Translations under genes and position numbers: made by a program
The notes under the pieces: generated by a model
Database searches by the model: none
What the model was told of the DNA's origin: nothing
The model's input: the letters and a program-made list of their open reading frames with translations, nothing else
Shown here: in pieces, positions 1 through 11,330 of the stretch
Layout of the letters: every line of letters begins with the position of its first letter
How positions within the stretch are numbered: position 1 is the stretch's first letter
Source: Lepidodermella squamata
Taxonomy: Eukaryota > Animalia > Gastrotricha
Assembly (NCBI GenBank): GCA_047495785.1
Contig: JBLDXI010000025.1
Span: 1,116,001 to 1,180,000, forward strand
Reading direction: 5' to 3'
Length of the DNA stretch: 64,000 bases

Positions 1-881
1 ATAGTTTAACCGCTTGAACAATAAAATTAACTCGAAAGTACGAAGTACGAAGGTAACAGAAAAGCTTATTTACCTCTTCTCATTCTAAAGCGGGATGGGC
101 AGAACATTTTTATCCAAAGCCCTCAGTTCAGTCGTAATCATTTCAAAACCAACTGAAGAAGTGACCAAGGAAGATATTTCAATGCTTCAGAGTGAAGATC
201 GATTCTAATAAAAGGCGAAGCCATTGCAAAAGCCAGCAGGATCGGTACAGAATTAGATAGCACTATCTACCAGAAGTGAGGGCTAGCGATCACGCATGAT
301 CTGGCCGCGGGTCATTTCTATAGCAAAGGAAAAAAGTCCCTGTCCTAACCTAAGGAGGATCCAGTATAATCTGGCGCTAAAGACTATAGGGGCGGCATTG
401 TACATATTCTCCTGCCTCCTGCGATTTGTGTTGGTCGTTTACCGAAGTTTTCTTGCCTAAAATCTCAAATTCCCTCAAATTCTCTCGATTTTAAGGTAGT
501 AATTGCAGCTGAGAATCATCACTTTTGGGAAATACAGCATTTTTGAATATGCACAACATAGAATTATCTCTCACATTGTAGCTGATTGGTTCTGAGAAGG
601 TTAGTCGAAACAGTTGGCTGCAGAAAAAACTAAAATCAAGTGCATTTTGCCTGTTGAATAAACAGTCGCAGACAGTGTGCGTTAATTCCGCCGGTCTGAC
701 GCAAAAAACTGACGCATGTTCGGTGCAGACATGTTTTTTCCGCATATCTGCGCACGCCACTGGCGAAGCGGCGGATGTTTACGAAAATCGGACACAACCT
801 TACTCCTGGACATCTCGAGGGTATAAATTCCCAATTCCTGGCCACAAAATCTCATCCTCATCACTCAATTTTGAAATTATC

Positions 882-2967
882 ATGAAATCATTCGTTCTTC
901 TCATTCTTTTGATCCTTGTCAACGCGGCATCGTCTCAGCAGTGTGCTGGCGCATTTGCGCAATGTGGCGGTCAAACATGGACTGGGGCTAAATGTTGCGT
1001 CTCTGGCTACCAATGCCAGTACAACAACGATTGGTACTGGCAATGTGTTCCGATACCGACTCAATCCAACGGCTGTTCGAATGGCCAATATGCCCAATGT
1101 GGAGGCAATGGTTACACAGGCCTAACGTGCTGCCCAACCAACTATGTCTGCATCTATTCGAATGACTGGTACTCACAATGCAGGCCAAGCTCCGAAGCCT
1201 CGACCGCGCCCACAAGTTCTGCACCATCTGTAACAACGTCAACTGGAGCTCCTTCGACTAGTACTACAACAACCACTACAACTACTACTACCCAGTCCCC
1301 TACTACATCTACCACTACTACAAGAGCACCTTCTACCACTTCGGCCGGTACTCAAGCTCCATCTTCTTCCACTACCCCTTCAGGAGCTTGTAACAACCTC
1401 CTTTGGAACCAATGTGATGGTATCGGCTATAATGGTCCTAAATGTTGCCCATCCGGTTCTGTCTGCGTCTATGGAAATGACTGGTACTGGCAATGCAAAC
1501 CTGGATCTACCGATCCTACAACTCAACCTCCTCAAACTTCAACAACTCCTGCAGGACCTACCACAACTCAAGCCCCACCGCCAACAAGCTTCAACTACGC
1601 TGAAGTTCTTGGAAAGTCGCTCACCTTCTACTATGGTCAAATGTCTGGCAACATTTCGGGAACATTCAACACCTTAACGTGGCGAGGAGACAGCGCTATG
1701 ACTGATGGTGCTGATAATGGCGTCGATCTGACTGGTGGCTATTACGACGCTGGAGATCATGTCAAATTCAGCCATCCCATGTCTTACTCAATGTACATGC
1801 TATCATTCAGTGGATTGCTATACGAGCAAACCTACAAAGCTACAGGCGAGGAATGGCAAAGACTCCTTAATGTTGTCAAATGGGGCACGGATTATTTCCT
1901 CAAAAGCCACACTTCCCGATATGAATTCTATGGACAAGTCGGTCGAGGTGAACTTGGTAAGTCTATGGACCATCAAATTTCGATATTTTGAATATTTTTT
2001 ATCTATAGACCATTCTGTATGGGTTTCTCCTGAACGAATGACCATGGCAAGGCCAAGTTACAAGATTGACGCTACAAAGCCTGGTTCTGACTTGGCTGGT
2101 TCAGTTTCCGCGACTTTCGCCCTATCTTCGATGCTTTTCCGAAATGTCAATTCAACCTACGCTGATATCCTCCTTGATCACAGCCGGCAAATGTTTGATT
2201 TCGCAACTCGTTACCAGGGCAAATACTCTGATTCTATCAGTGATGCGGCTAATTACTACCCATCAGGTGGGTATAAGGATGAGCAAGTCCTCGCAGCTCT
2301 TTGCCTGTACTGGGCGACGAATGAAACTCAGTTCCGACAGTACGCCTATGACAACTCGAGGTCGATTGTTTCCAACACTTACTACTGGGCGCCTAACTTC
2401 GATGATGCCAGCTACATGGATCTTTTCTTGCTATGGAAACTTATGGGTGATACCCAAGCCCAACAAACCTTTGAGACTTGGACGAATTGGTTTATGAATA
2501 ACGCGAAGAAAACGCCTCAAGGAATGGTTTGGTTGATGCAGTGGGGTTCGGCTCGTTTTCCAATGGTTTCCAGCTTCATGATGATGGCTTATGTTGACTC
2601 CAACCCTACCCTGGCTCCTAGCAAAGCTGCTGCTTTTTTGAACTTCTCTGTTAGGCAGATCAATTACGTTTTGGGTAACAACACGGCTGGCATGAGTTAT
2701 CTAGTCGGTTTCGGCAACAAATGGCCGTTGCATTACCATCATGCAGCTGCTCAGGGTTCTACAACCAATAACGCTTGGGATCCTCCGGTAAACAAGTACA
2801 TCAATTATGAGATGGTTGGTGGTCCGGATGATAATGACAACTATCGGGATGCTATTGAGAACTACGTACAAGGCGAGGGTGCTTGCGACATGCAGGTTGG
2901 TCTGGTCGGCTTGGCGGTGGCGTTGGTTAAACGCTTCGGCGGGGCGCCACTGATTGCTTTTCCTTGA
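882..2967 (+). CDS. Secreted GH9 endoglucanase (cellulase) with three N-terminal CBM1 modules and S/T/P linkers; exons 882-1956 and 2009-2967, about 677 aa
   Basis: Signal peptide MKSFVLLILLILVNAASS. Three CBM1-type repeats (QCGG..WTG..CC..GY.C...NDWY.QC). GH9 motifs DLTGGYYDAGDHVKF, PGSDLAG, SYLVGFG, VGGPD and the catalytic Glu in VQGEGACD. A 52-nt GT-AG intron (1957-2008) joins the two ORFs in frame (G+AC = Asp). TATA-like GTATAAAT at about 822. Confidence 0.95.
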
Positions 2968-3828
2968 ATGGATGACTTAAAACTTAACAGGCTATTTATC
3001 AATCTATGCAATTTCGATTAACAATGCTATGGGCTACCTCTCATTGGCTTATTTGTCATCACTGTCGTATTAAACAGGTTTTGTGGAATAAACTGGAATT
3101 CAGGAAATAACCACCACCATCTGATTGAAGTTCAAAAAGTGACAATTCAGTTTGCACTATAGGTATATGAGGGCTGTGATCGAAAGAGTTATGTATTACT
3201 TTTTATGATTTTTTTGCTTATAACGCTAATATAAATCACTCGCGCTAAGTTTTATGTGCAGAAAAGAAACAAAATTGCTGCTGCTAGCGTAGTTCTAATG
3301 TTCTCTTACGTTATTCACGTCATTTGGGTCATTTCCTTCATTCATAAACTTTGACATTGCGCGCACAGGTGAAACACTACCCTCCCGGTCTGCATAACCG
3401 ATGGCCTCAAGAGGATGTTCGAATTCTTTTTTTTTGAAACTGGAAAGCTAGTTTCAACCATATTTCTCAAGAAGAAAATTATCATACAAAATCTACCAAA
3501 AGGTAACTCAATTTTAAATCCGCCAATAGCCAATAGCCGCATTTTCGTGCCACAAACTACCAGTATGCTGATGCCTTTCTTTTGTGATTTTAATCACAAA
3601 CTAGTCGCCGTACTTGATTTACTCATCACTACTCGCCTCCGGCTCGTTTCGATTCGTAAATCTCGTTCAGATAAAAACTTTTTACTCATGTTATATGCTA
3701 TACCATACAAATATAACAATATTTTATCATTGTTTTGTTGTTTTCACCTGATGTACACTGCGAATAATTAACATGCAAATAAAGGATACAATTTTTCAAA
3801 CGGAGTTACGGGCGAAGAAGTACAGGCA

Positions 3829-4242
3829 TCAGTTATTGCCATTCATTATTTTGCGAGCTACCATTTGCGCCCATAGAAAGAATGTAGCTTGATTGTTGCA
3901 AATCGATCGCGACCCCAGAGTAGCAATGCATTTCGCCATTCGTCTTTCCATTTTGAGATTATACAGGTGCTTGACGGCTGCATCAAATCCTTTCGTTGCA
4001 GAAATCAACATCAGCTGTTTATCTGAAATAATAACAATTATGTACTCATAACGAATAGATAGGTACTCAAGTACAATAGGAAACCAACGCGGCTTACACT
4101 TACATGTGATACTGCTCTTACGGGGGCTTTTTGAGACGACTGTGGGGTAGGTGCCAACAATTTGTGTTGGCTTGGATTCGGCCTGCTTTGAGTAGCCGGT
4201 GATAACAACTAAGAAGATGCTCATCGTCATGACAAGATGCAT
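3829..4242 (-). CDS. Small secreted protein with C-x9-C motif (about 110 aa; probable exons 4242-4104 and 4022-3829)
   Basis: Hydrophobic N-terminus MHLVMTMSIFLVVITGYS. In-frame 81-nt GTAAGT...TTTCAG intron in phase 1. The C-terminal RMAKCIATLGSRSIC..LWA segment resembles the gene at 45333-45759. Confidence 0.6.
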   Translation of the reverse strand: MHLVMTMSIFLVVITGYSKQAESKPTQIVGTYPTVVSKSPRKSSITCKCKPRWFPIVLEYLSIRYEYIIVIISDKQLMLISATKGFDAAVKHLYNLKMERRMAKCIATLGSRSICNNQATFFLWAQMVARKIMNGNN

Positions 4243-4790
4243 ATCTGAGTAGAGAATCAAATAAAGACTACTGAAGATTAGCAATGTTCAACGGCAAGCT
4301 TAACTACTCTGCTATTTAAGTGGGTGTTTGGCCACGCGCCACGTTTAGCGTGTTTTATGATTATCGATCATTTTGTCCCCCACTTACATGTTTCATTTTT
4401 CGTGACAGAGTACACGGAATGCGTGTATAAGCTTCCGATTTAGATTGCAGACAGTTCAGACGTCGTCTTCGATCTCCTTACTGAAGTGTAAGTGAAAGCA
4501 AAGTCTATCAGACATTCGACATTCGACATCTCAGGCCGCGTCATCAGCTGATAGATTTCAAATATTCCCACGCGAGATGACATTAGTCCGAGTGACTAAT
4601 TTCGCCTGATAAAAGCAGACAACTCGTCGTTATAATTTCGACTGAAAAAATGTAACCCTTTCTGTGGCGGAATTATTTATCTGCGGACGAAAAAATACTT
4701 GACAGCAATTCTAGGGGTTTCGAAGGCCCTGGTCACGATTTTGAAATCCGTTTGTCTTTATCTTTCACCGTTAAGGCGGTAGAAAAACTT

Positions 4791-5064
4791 GCCGAAATCG
4801 TCTTATCCGCCCAGCTGATTTCAGTCGATTTTTCGAGCACTCTAATTACTGTGTCAGGTGCCTTCAGCTTTGGGATTTTAGATTCTAAATAACTCCTGTG
4901 AATGTCCTTAAGATCTCCTATATCCCTACCACCGAAAGCATTCAGTTTAAAAAAGTTTTAGAGGCTCAGCATTCAGCTTTTCAAGTTTTTCCTCGCGACA
5001 CTTTTGCATCACAAAAATCACGCACTCCGCCTGTATAAGCCTGGGCGGATAGGACGAATTCGGC
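4791..5064. repeat. 24-bp inverted repeat pair (4791-4814 / 5041-5064), probable MITE or TE-end remnant
   Basis: GCCGAAATCGTCTTATCCGCCCAG versus CTGGGCGGATAGGACGAATTCGGC, reverse complements with 2 mismatches; no TSD identified. Confidence 0.45.
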
Positions 5065-5121
5065 CGGTTTGATTGAATTTCAATAGCGGCGTCATTATTA
5101 ATTTCCAACTCGAAAAAATAA

Positions 5122-5260
5122 AAGTATTTTATTACTTGATGTAAAGAGACGACGTTTCAGGCACAACGATATCTGCGTATCGATTTTCGAATTCTAAGGA
5201 CCTGATGATGGGCACTTGTGCCCGAAACGTCGTGTCTTTACATCAAGTAATAAAATACTT
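5122..5260. mobile_element. Penelope-like element pLTR remnant: 45-bp inverted repeat (5122-5166 / 5216-5260) overlapping a hammerhead motif
   Basis: The arms match with 2 mismatches. The right arm carries the 3' half of a hammerhead (GAAACGTC) followed by AATAAA. An inverted partial pLTR copy is typical of Penelope-like elements. Confidence 0.6.
5196..5238 (+). ncRNA. Minimal type I hammerhead ribozyme motif (Penelope-type)
   Basis: CTGATGA (5202-5208), stem II GGGCAC-TT-GTGCCC, then GAAA-CG-TC, the minimal palindromic stem III plus cleavage triplet GUC. Stem I is imperfect in this copy. Confidence 0.65.
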
Positions 5261-5678
5261 GTAGCCAATACAATTTATTTATTTAATTCGTTAATATACC
5301 AAGTCTACATAATTCAAGCCGATGATCGATGATAACGCCTCTTGGTGAGATGATGTGAGCAGATCACATATTTTTTGTTGTTGCACGATCCACAGCCAAA
5401 TTTTCAGTGGTCTTTGCTTTTTCAGTGGACTACAAACTCCTAGTTATAATTTGTACTATTTTAAGCACCAGTTGTTGGATTAAAGGAGAACCAAGTAAGG
5501 ATTTTCTCAGCCTACTTTTGCCAGTTTTAGTGCAATTCGGAAATCGATTCACATCCATGGCAGCATCGCAGCGCCCAATGCTTTCCATAAATATTAATCC
5601 ACATGCACTAACCGGATACATTCAGGGAATGCTTGTCCTGGTGTATTGAAAATTCGAGGTATAATTCGCGAAGCGATC

Positions 5679-6585
5679 ATGTCAACCAAACCAAAACGGA
5701 AGATTTTAGATGTCGAGCTACAAGGGGTTTGATTTGTGAACAATCTCCCATTCATAATTACAATTTTTCTCTTGACTCCAGAAATTATGGAAGTTGGCGT
5801 ATGAGGGCAATACGGCTGCAATAAATTCTCTGCTGGAAAGCCACGCTGATGCAATCGACGTTAATGCATTCGATAAAGCTGGATCTGGGGAAACTGCTTT
5901 GATGCGAGCATGCAGACGAGGTTGCCTTGAATCAGTGAAATCTCTTGTACATGCCAACGCCGATGTGAATTTGAAGAATGAATACTGTAATACTGCTTTA
6001 TATTTCGCTGCCGGGGAGGGTCACGTGGACACAATGAAGTTTTTGATAGAAAATGGCGCAGAAATCAACACACCAGACAAGAAAAGGGATGCTTTGCTTA
6101 ACGCTGTTGAACCGTCCCACCTTGACGCCGTGAAACTTCTGCTGGAGAACGGTGCGAATCCAGACAAGTTATACGAGACTTATTGCACTACCCGCTGTTT
6201 ACATGAAGCCATTCGCCACGAGAATGGTTTTGAAGTCACGAAGCTTCTCGCGCAATATGTTGACGACATAGATGCAAAGAATGGTAATGAGGAAACTCCG
6301 CTCATGTTCGCGTGCCGGCTGCAGGGGCAGCTCAGAGATGGCGTCGTCGGAAAAGCAACGACTGAACTTCAGAAGAAGGTCAGGTTTTTAGCTGGAAATG
6401 GGGCCAAGGTCAACATGGACGTGCTTCGTTTGGCGCTGGTATCCGGCATGCCAGTTGAGACTGTGAAATATCTTGCTGTGAACATGCCTAAGGAAGAATT
6501 TGACAGAGCACTGGTACTTGAATTAGCAAAAAAGCACAGTGATTATTACGAGCAAGCTATCATGCAGGCTATACAAGGTATTTGA
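5679..6585 (+). CDS. Ankyrin-repeat protein; exons 5679-5726 and 5782-6585
   Basis: Repeated ankyrin motifs GETALMRAC, NTALYFAAGEGH, LLLENGANPD and ETPLMFAC. A 55-nt phase-0 GT-AG intron links an upstream ATG exon (MSTKPKRKILDVELQG). Confidence 0.88.
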
Positions 6586-8193
6586 TGATTAATCGGGCAT
6601 TTTGCCATCTCATGTTATGAAATTCGAGTAAAAATTACCTATCCGTCCGTACTTCCGCTGCCGCACTTGCCCAGCGCCCAGCACATCTTTAATAAAATCA
6701 AGCTCGAGTGTGCACACGCAAAATTGAGATAAAAGATGGACCAAAGCTAACGACTAACGAGTGATCTGTGAAACTCCCAAAAAGACCAGTGTCTGAAAAC
6801 TAGAATACTCCTAACCTGATATAATTTTCGGGTAGATCGATAGCCAAGGACGTCAATGAATTTTCGGAAGTTTATTTTGCTGAATTTACATAACGACAAA
6901 ATTGATTCAAATTGCATTAGCATTATCGTAATTATTACAGCTCTGTAGCTATTTTTTCGAAGTTCGAAGCTGTATAGTTTGGAATTTTCTTTCTTTCCGA
7001 TGTCCAGTGGTTGCTGTTATAAAGGCAGCCCAAAACTGATGTGTTATCGCTTTTGGTTGCGACTTGGTTTGTAGCATGAACATTCGCGTTGTTTAAAGTC
7101 CGCGATCCATAGATCGCAACCAAAATTCGATCTCGGCTGATTGCCAGTTAACTGCAATCTTGTAGAACCAAGTTTCCAACCGCAATTATTCCTGATTACA
7201 CGGCAAAGGTCAAAGCACGATCGGCCGTTTTGCCAAATCTCATCGGCCATACAGCGGTACGTAACAACAGCTAAAACGCTACGAAAAACGCGATCGAAAA
7301 TTGGGTCATACTTTTGCGACAGTAAGTAGAAAACAGTAAAACAATTAACTGGCTGAGTATAGCGCCAATAACAGTCATGCGCCCGGATATTGCGCGGCGA
7401 AAATGCGCGAGTCGCTCATCTAGTCAAATAGTTTGACCATGTTCGATTTTAGTGCCTTCTGTGATCAATATCAAAATGATTGTGTTCCCTTGAATACCTT
7501 TCTCTCGCCATTGACCTTGCTAATGGGTTTATGCCCTTGGCAAGTTTACCGTGTTCTATCCATCTATTCACTAGGGAACGAAGTACTGCGAATTCGGCTA
7601 TATTAAACTAAATAATGGCGATATGCAAATAATGCAAAACATAGAGGAAATTGAAATCAAGGAAGTTCAATTCGTGTTTCACTCAGTTGCTGCTTAACCT
7701 GAAACTGCGGCCATCGAGTTAAAAGTTAAAACACAAATTGAGCTGTTGGATGCGAATGGATCTGTTGTGCCGCGTGCCGCGCTCCTATTCGTGCTAAATC
7801 GGAGCTGTGATTATGATCTGATTCATTTCTGGTTGAAACATATAAATAGAAATGACTTCGAAAGAGAAGTATCGACGATCAAATCTCGTAATCTTGCGAC
7901 GATATCATAACATTCTACAGCTTCTCGAGAAATATATGGTGAATTTATTAGCGAGAGTTAGTGCGTCAAATCTTTCACTGCAAGAGGAGTAAAAAAATAT
8001 AGATAAAAGGGCTCCTGCTGGTTTTGCAGAGCAGTTTCAGATCAATACGGTCATTCACCGGTGCTCAATATAATGGAGGAAATATCAACAATTTTTGTTC
8101 CTTATCTGCATTGATAAGGTCCGAAACCACAGATCAGATTCCGGGATTATTTAGCAGATGTAGAGTAGACAATTATCAGTCTGTCGCCTTTCA

Positions 8194-10779
8194 TCACCAA
8201 ACGTCACAACGTTCGTGATAGCGAGGGTTCATCTTCGACCCGCTTGGGCATGAGAAAGCCTTTGCGAAAGGCGCAAAGTTTTTCAGGCCCTCGTTGATCC
8301 TAGAATAAAAATTGAGGCCGATTGATTAAAATACAAAGGACATTCGTCAAAAACCTTTCAGGAGGATAGGCATGTTCATCCTTCAGCATTGCTTCCTTTC
8401 CCTTAGGAGTTGCAGCCTGGCAAAGTGACTGAGCATAGCTGACAAAGAACAGCTGCTCGTTGTTCAGCGGAATAGCAGGAAGCTCAGTGTCTCTCAGCTT
8501 ATCCATGTATGCCTTAGTATAGGCCTGAATTGCATAAAATTCATGTACATGTTGTACTCTTGCGCTATATTCGACTAACCAAATGCGAGATCTTCATGCC
8601 AGCATTGTCGGCAATGTTCTCGCCTAAAACTGCCTCGCCGTAGCCGTCGAAATCAGGTCGCAAGTTTTGAAACTGGTCGAGCAAGCATTGAGTCCGTTTC
8701 TCGAACTTATCAGCCGCATCCTCGGTTAAAACTGGCTTGTACTCACCAACTGCGTTGAACTGAACTCCGTTATTGTCGAAGCCGTGAAACATTTCTACAA
8801 ACAACAATAATCCATGCTATTTGTGAAATATTGAAGCAATTACCATGTCCTATCGTTGTAGCGGCGAAACCCCAATTCCAAGCTGCAGGCATGTCCCATT
8901 TGAACGTTGGAGCGATGAAGTAACCAGCCAGCAATGCGAAAGCATTATCAGTTGATTTGTAATATGCGTTTTGATCCATAACCTTGGACGGCTCGCCATC
9001 ATCCCATCTGACATTAGAAAAGCATCAATCATCACTCAGTCAAAAAAGGTAGAAACTTGCAAGTTTTTAAGGCGGTCGACAGGTTTATCAAGGAGCTGAA
9101 ACCGGTTTCTAATGCGATAATCATTGAAAGCTTTGATGTTATGAAGATAGTCTGGGCCATTGATGTTGAGGTTTTTGAAACGCTCGTCATAGCCCTCATC
9201 CGACATTAAATCATTGGGATAGCCCATGGAAAACAGCATCTTATCGACTTTCACCTTGATTTCATCTCGCGATTTCTCATCCAGCCATTCGATTGATGGG
9301 AGGTATTCGAGGAATTCATTCATTACAGCCCGAGTCATGTCGTTGAGATACTTCACATTCGCATCAGGAAAGTAGCGCTTGACAAATCGTCTTGCAATCA
9401 GGTGATCTCCGAATCTGTTGGTCGTGGCCTCCTTGCATCCTTCCTGATTCTCCTTCACAGCGTAGCAAGCTTCATCGACGGGGGTAATTTCCTGCTGTTT
9501 GATAAGTTTCTTTAGGTTTTCGAATGGTAGACCTATTGAACAGGCAATTTCATTGAAGTAAGGCTCCAAAGTTACTAAGGTGATATAGTTCTGAAGAATT
9601 CGCTTTCCACGATCCTTTCTCGCCAAAGTTTCTTTAATCAAAGCTTCCAACCTCCTGAAATAGCTTTTGTGACGGATTGAGAGCCGCAAATTGATGATAT
9701 TCTTCTCGGCCAAAGTTTTTGTTCCGATTTTCTTGCCAAGATTAGTGAAAAATTCCTCCCAATCGAAATTCCACCCAATTTCATACTTTAGTTCGTAGGC
9801 AGGCATGTCAAATTGATTATCATAATCGGTAGCGTAGCTCTCATCATCATTATCGTCGTTATTCTCATCTTCATCTTCATCCATAACTGGGGTAATCTAA
9901 ATTTCATCGATTTTAGCGTCGGAGTCTGAGAAGAGAAGGTAAACTTACTTCTGCAAGCTTCTGTTCGAATTTGATCATATCAGCAATGTATTTATTGTTG
10001 AAGTATCGTTGCGGTCTTGTTGCTGTTTTTGTCGCCAGGTCTTTCACGAGATTCTCATAGGTTTCCTCGATCTCTTCTATCAAAAGCGAAGTAGTATTTT
10101 CGTCATCCTTTAATGCATTCATAGTGTCGTTGTTAGAGAAGAACGGCGTCATTACAGGTTTTAGCATGAGCTGATAGCGAGACGAATTGCGGGTATCGAC
10201 TTCGACTGAAACATCGAAAAACGGAAACCCATTAGAACTAATTGCATTAGCTAGGGCTTTCTCGAGACTCCAGATTTTAGGTATGTTCGTCTCAGCGAGA
10301 AAGAATCCTCCAGTTGAGGCAAGAGTAGATCTCAAAAATGAAATTGAGCTTGCTTCGTCGTCAAAACGCTCTTCCCCTTCCTCGCAGGACTAAAGCACAA
10401 AAATCAGTTTTGATGGAATAAATTGCTCTAAATTCACATTGTAAAATTCAAGTAGTTTCGATTCGCTCTCGGGATATTCCGTAGTGTTTCCCTCCAAGAA
10501 GTCCTGCCAAGATTTCGCAACCATGTCCCTGAAACTTGGCTCCATTGGGGTCTGAGTGTCTTCCTTTAAAAACACGTTTTTCTCGAAATTTCCGCAACTG
10601 AATTGATGAAAATCTTCGCATGGATCAGCATTTAAATCGAGATTGCTAAGGGCATAACTTGCTGCCTGGATACAGGACGCGGTCAAGCATGTCCCTCCTG
10701 GAGACGCCGATTCTATTGGGAGACCAGAGGTTACCATCAATACAGCCGCAAGTGCTGATAGAACTGTTAAAAGTGACAT
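8194..10779 (-). CDS. Secreted M13 (neprilysin/ECE-like) zinc metallopeptidase, multi-exon
   Basis: Signal peptide. CLTASCIQAA..NLDLNADPCEDFHQFSCG; QNAYY; GH|EMFHGFD (HExxH split by an intron); GENIAD; EQLFFVSYAQSLC; FSCPSGSKMNP..CDVW. Short GT-AG introns link the ORF-track fragments. Confidence 0.93.
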
Positions 10780-11330
10780 GACAATGAAAAATAATTTCTT
10801 GATATCCACTGTAGATAGCAAGATCAAGAATCGATCTGACTACAGCTTCGCGAGATCGAAATCAGTTCGATGAGTTCATCACAGCGAGAGTGATGATAAA
10901 TTGGCGCGCCGCGGCGATTGAGGGTATGGTACATCTTATTTCTGCTGTAACCCTGCGGGGTAAATATTTGTTTTTTTCTCCTCATTTTTTTCACCGAGAG
11001 CGAGAGTAATTCGCACGTTGAGTTATGCTTGATATACTTGCTTATAAACAGATTGATGAGTAACATGAATGCTCCTTCTCTTTTTTACGTATTCTATACC
11101 ATACCAGCCAGCGGGGTGTTAGCTTGATCCAAAGAGTTATAGCTCGTTCTGGTTGAGCTAGTCAAATTTATTATTGTTTTTGCTCTTGCATCAACACCAT
11201 TTAATCGTGTTCAACAAAACCAGAATAAATAATGTCAATTGAACCGGAGATTTCGAAGCAGCGGAGTCGACGTAGCCAACAATTTGGCTGTTAAATTAGT
11301 TGCATAAGATAGGAGGTTGAATAAGGTAGG

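Noticed and set aside
654-881. N-terminal extension of the 445-aa ORF, and the first ~90 aa of ORF 1735-2967
   Set aside because: The first starts at a non-ATG codon upstream of a TATA box and a good signal-peptide ATG at 882. The second is off-frame read-through ahead of the true acceptor at 2008.
6935-7400. Short ORFs and a TTGCTGTTAT...CAAAA(C/T)TG motif also seen near 43590 and 63753
   Set aside because: Similarity is too short to delimit an element; probably an old repeat relic.
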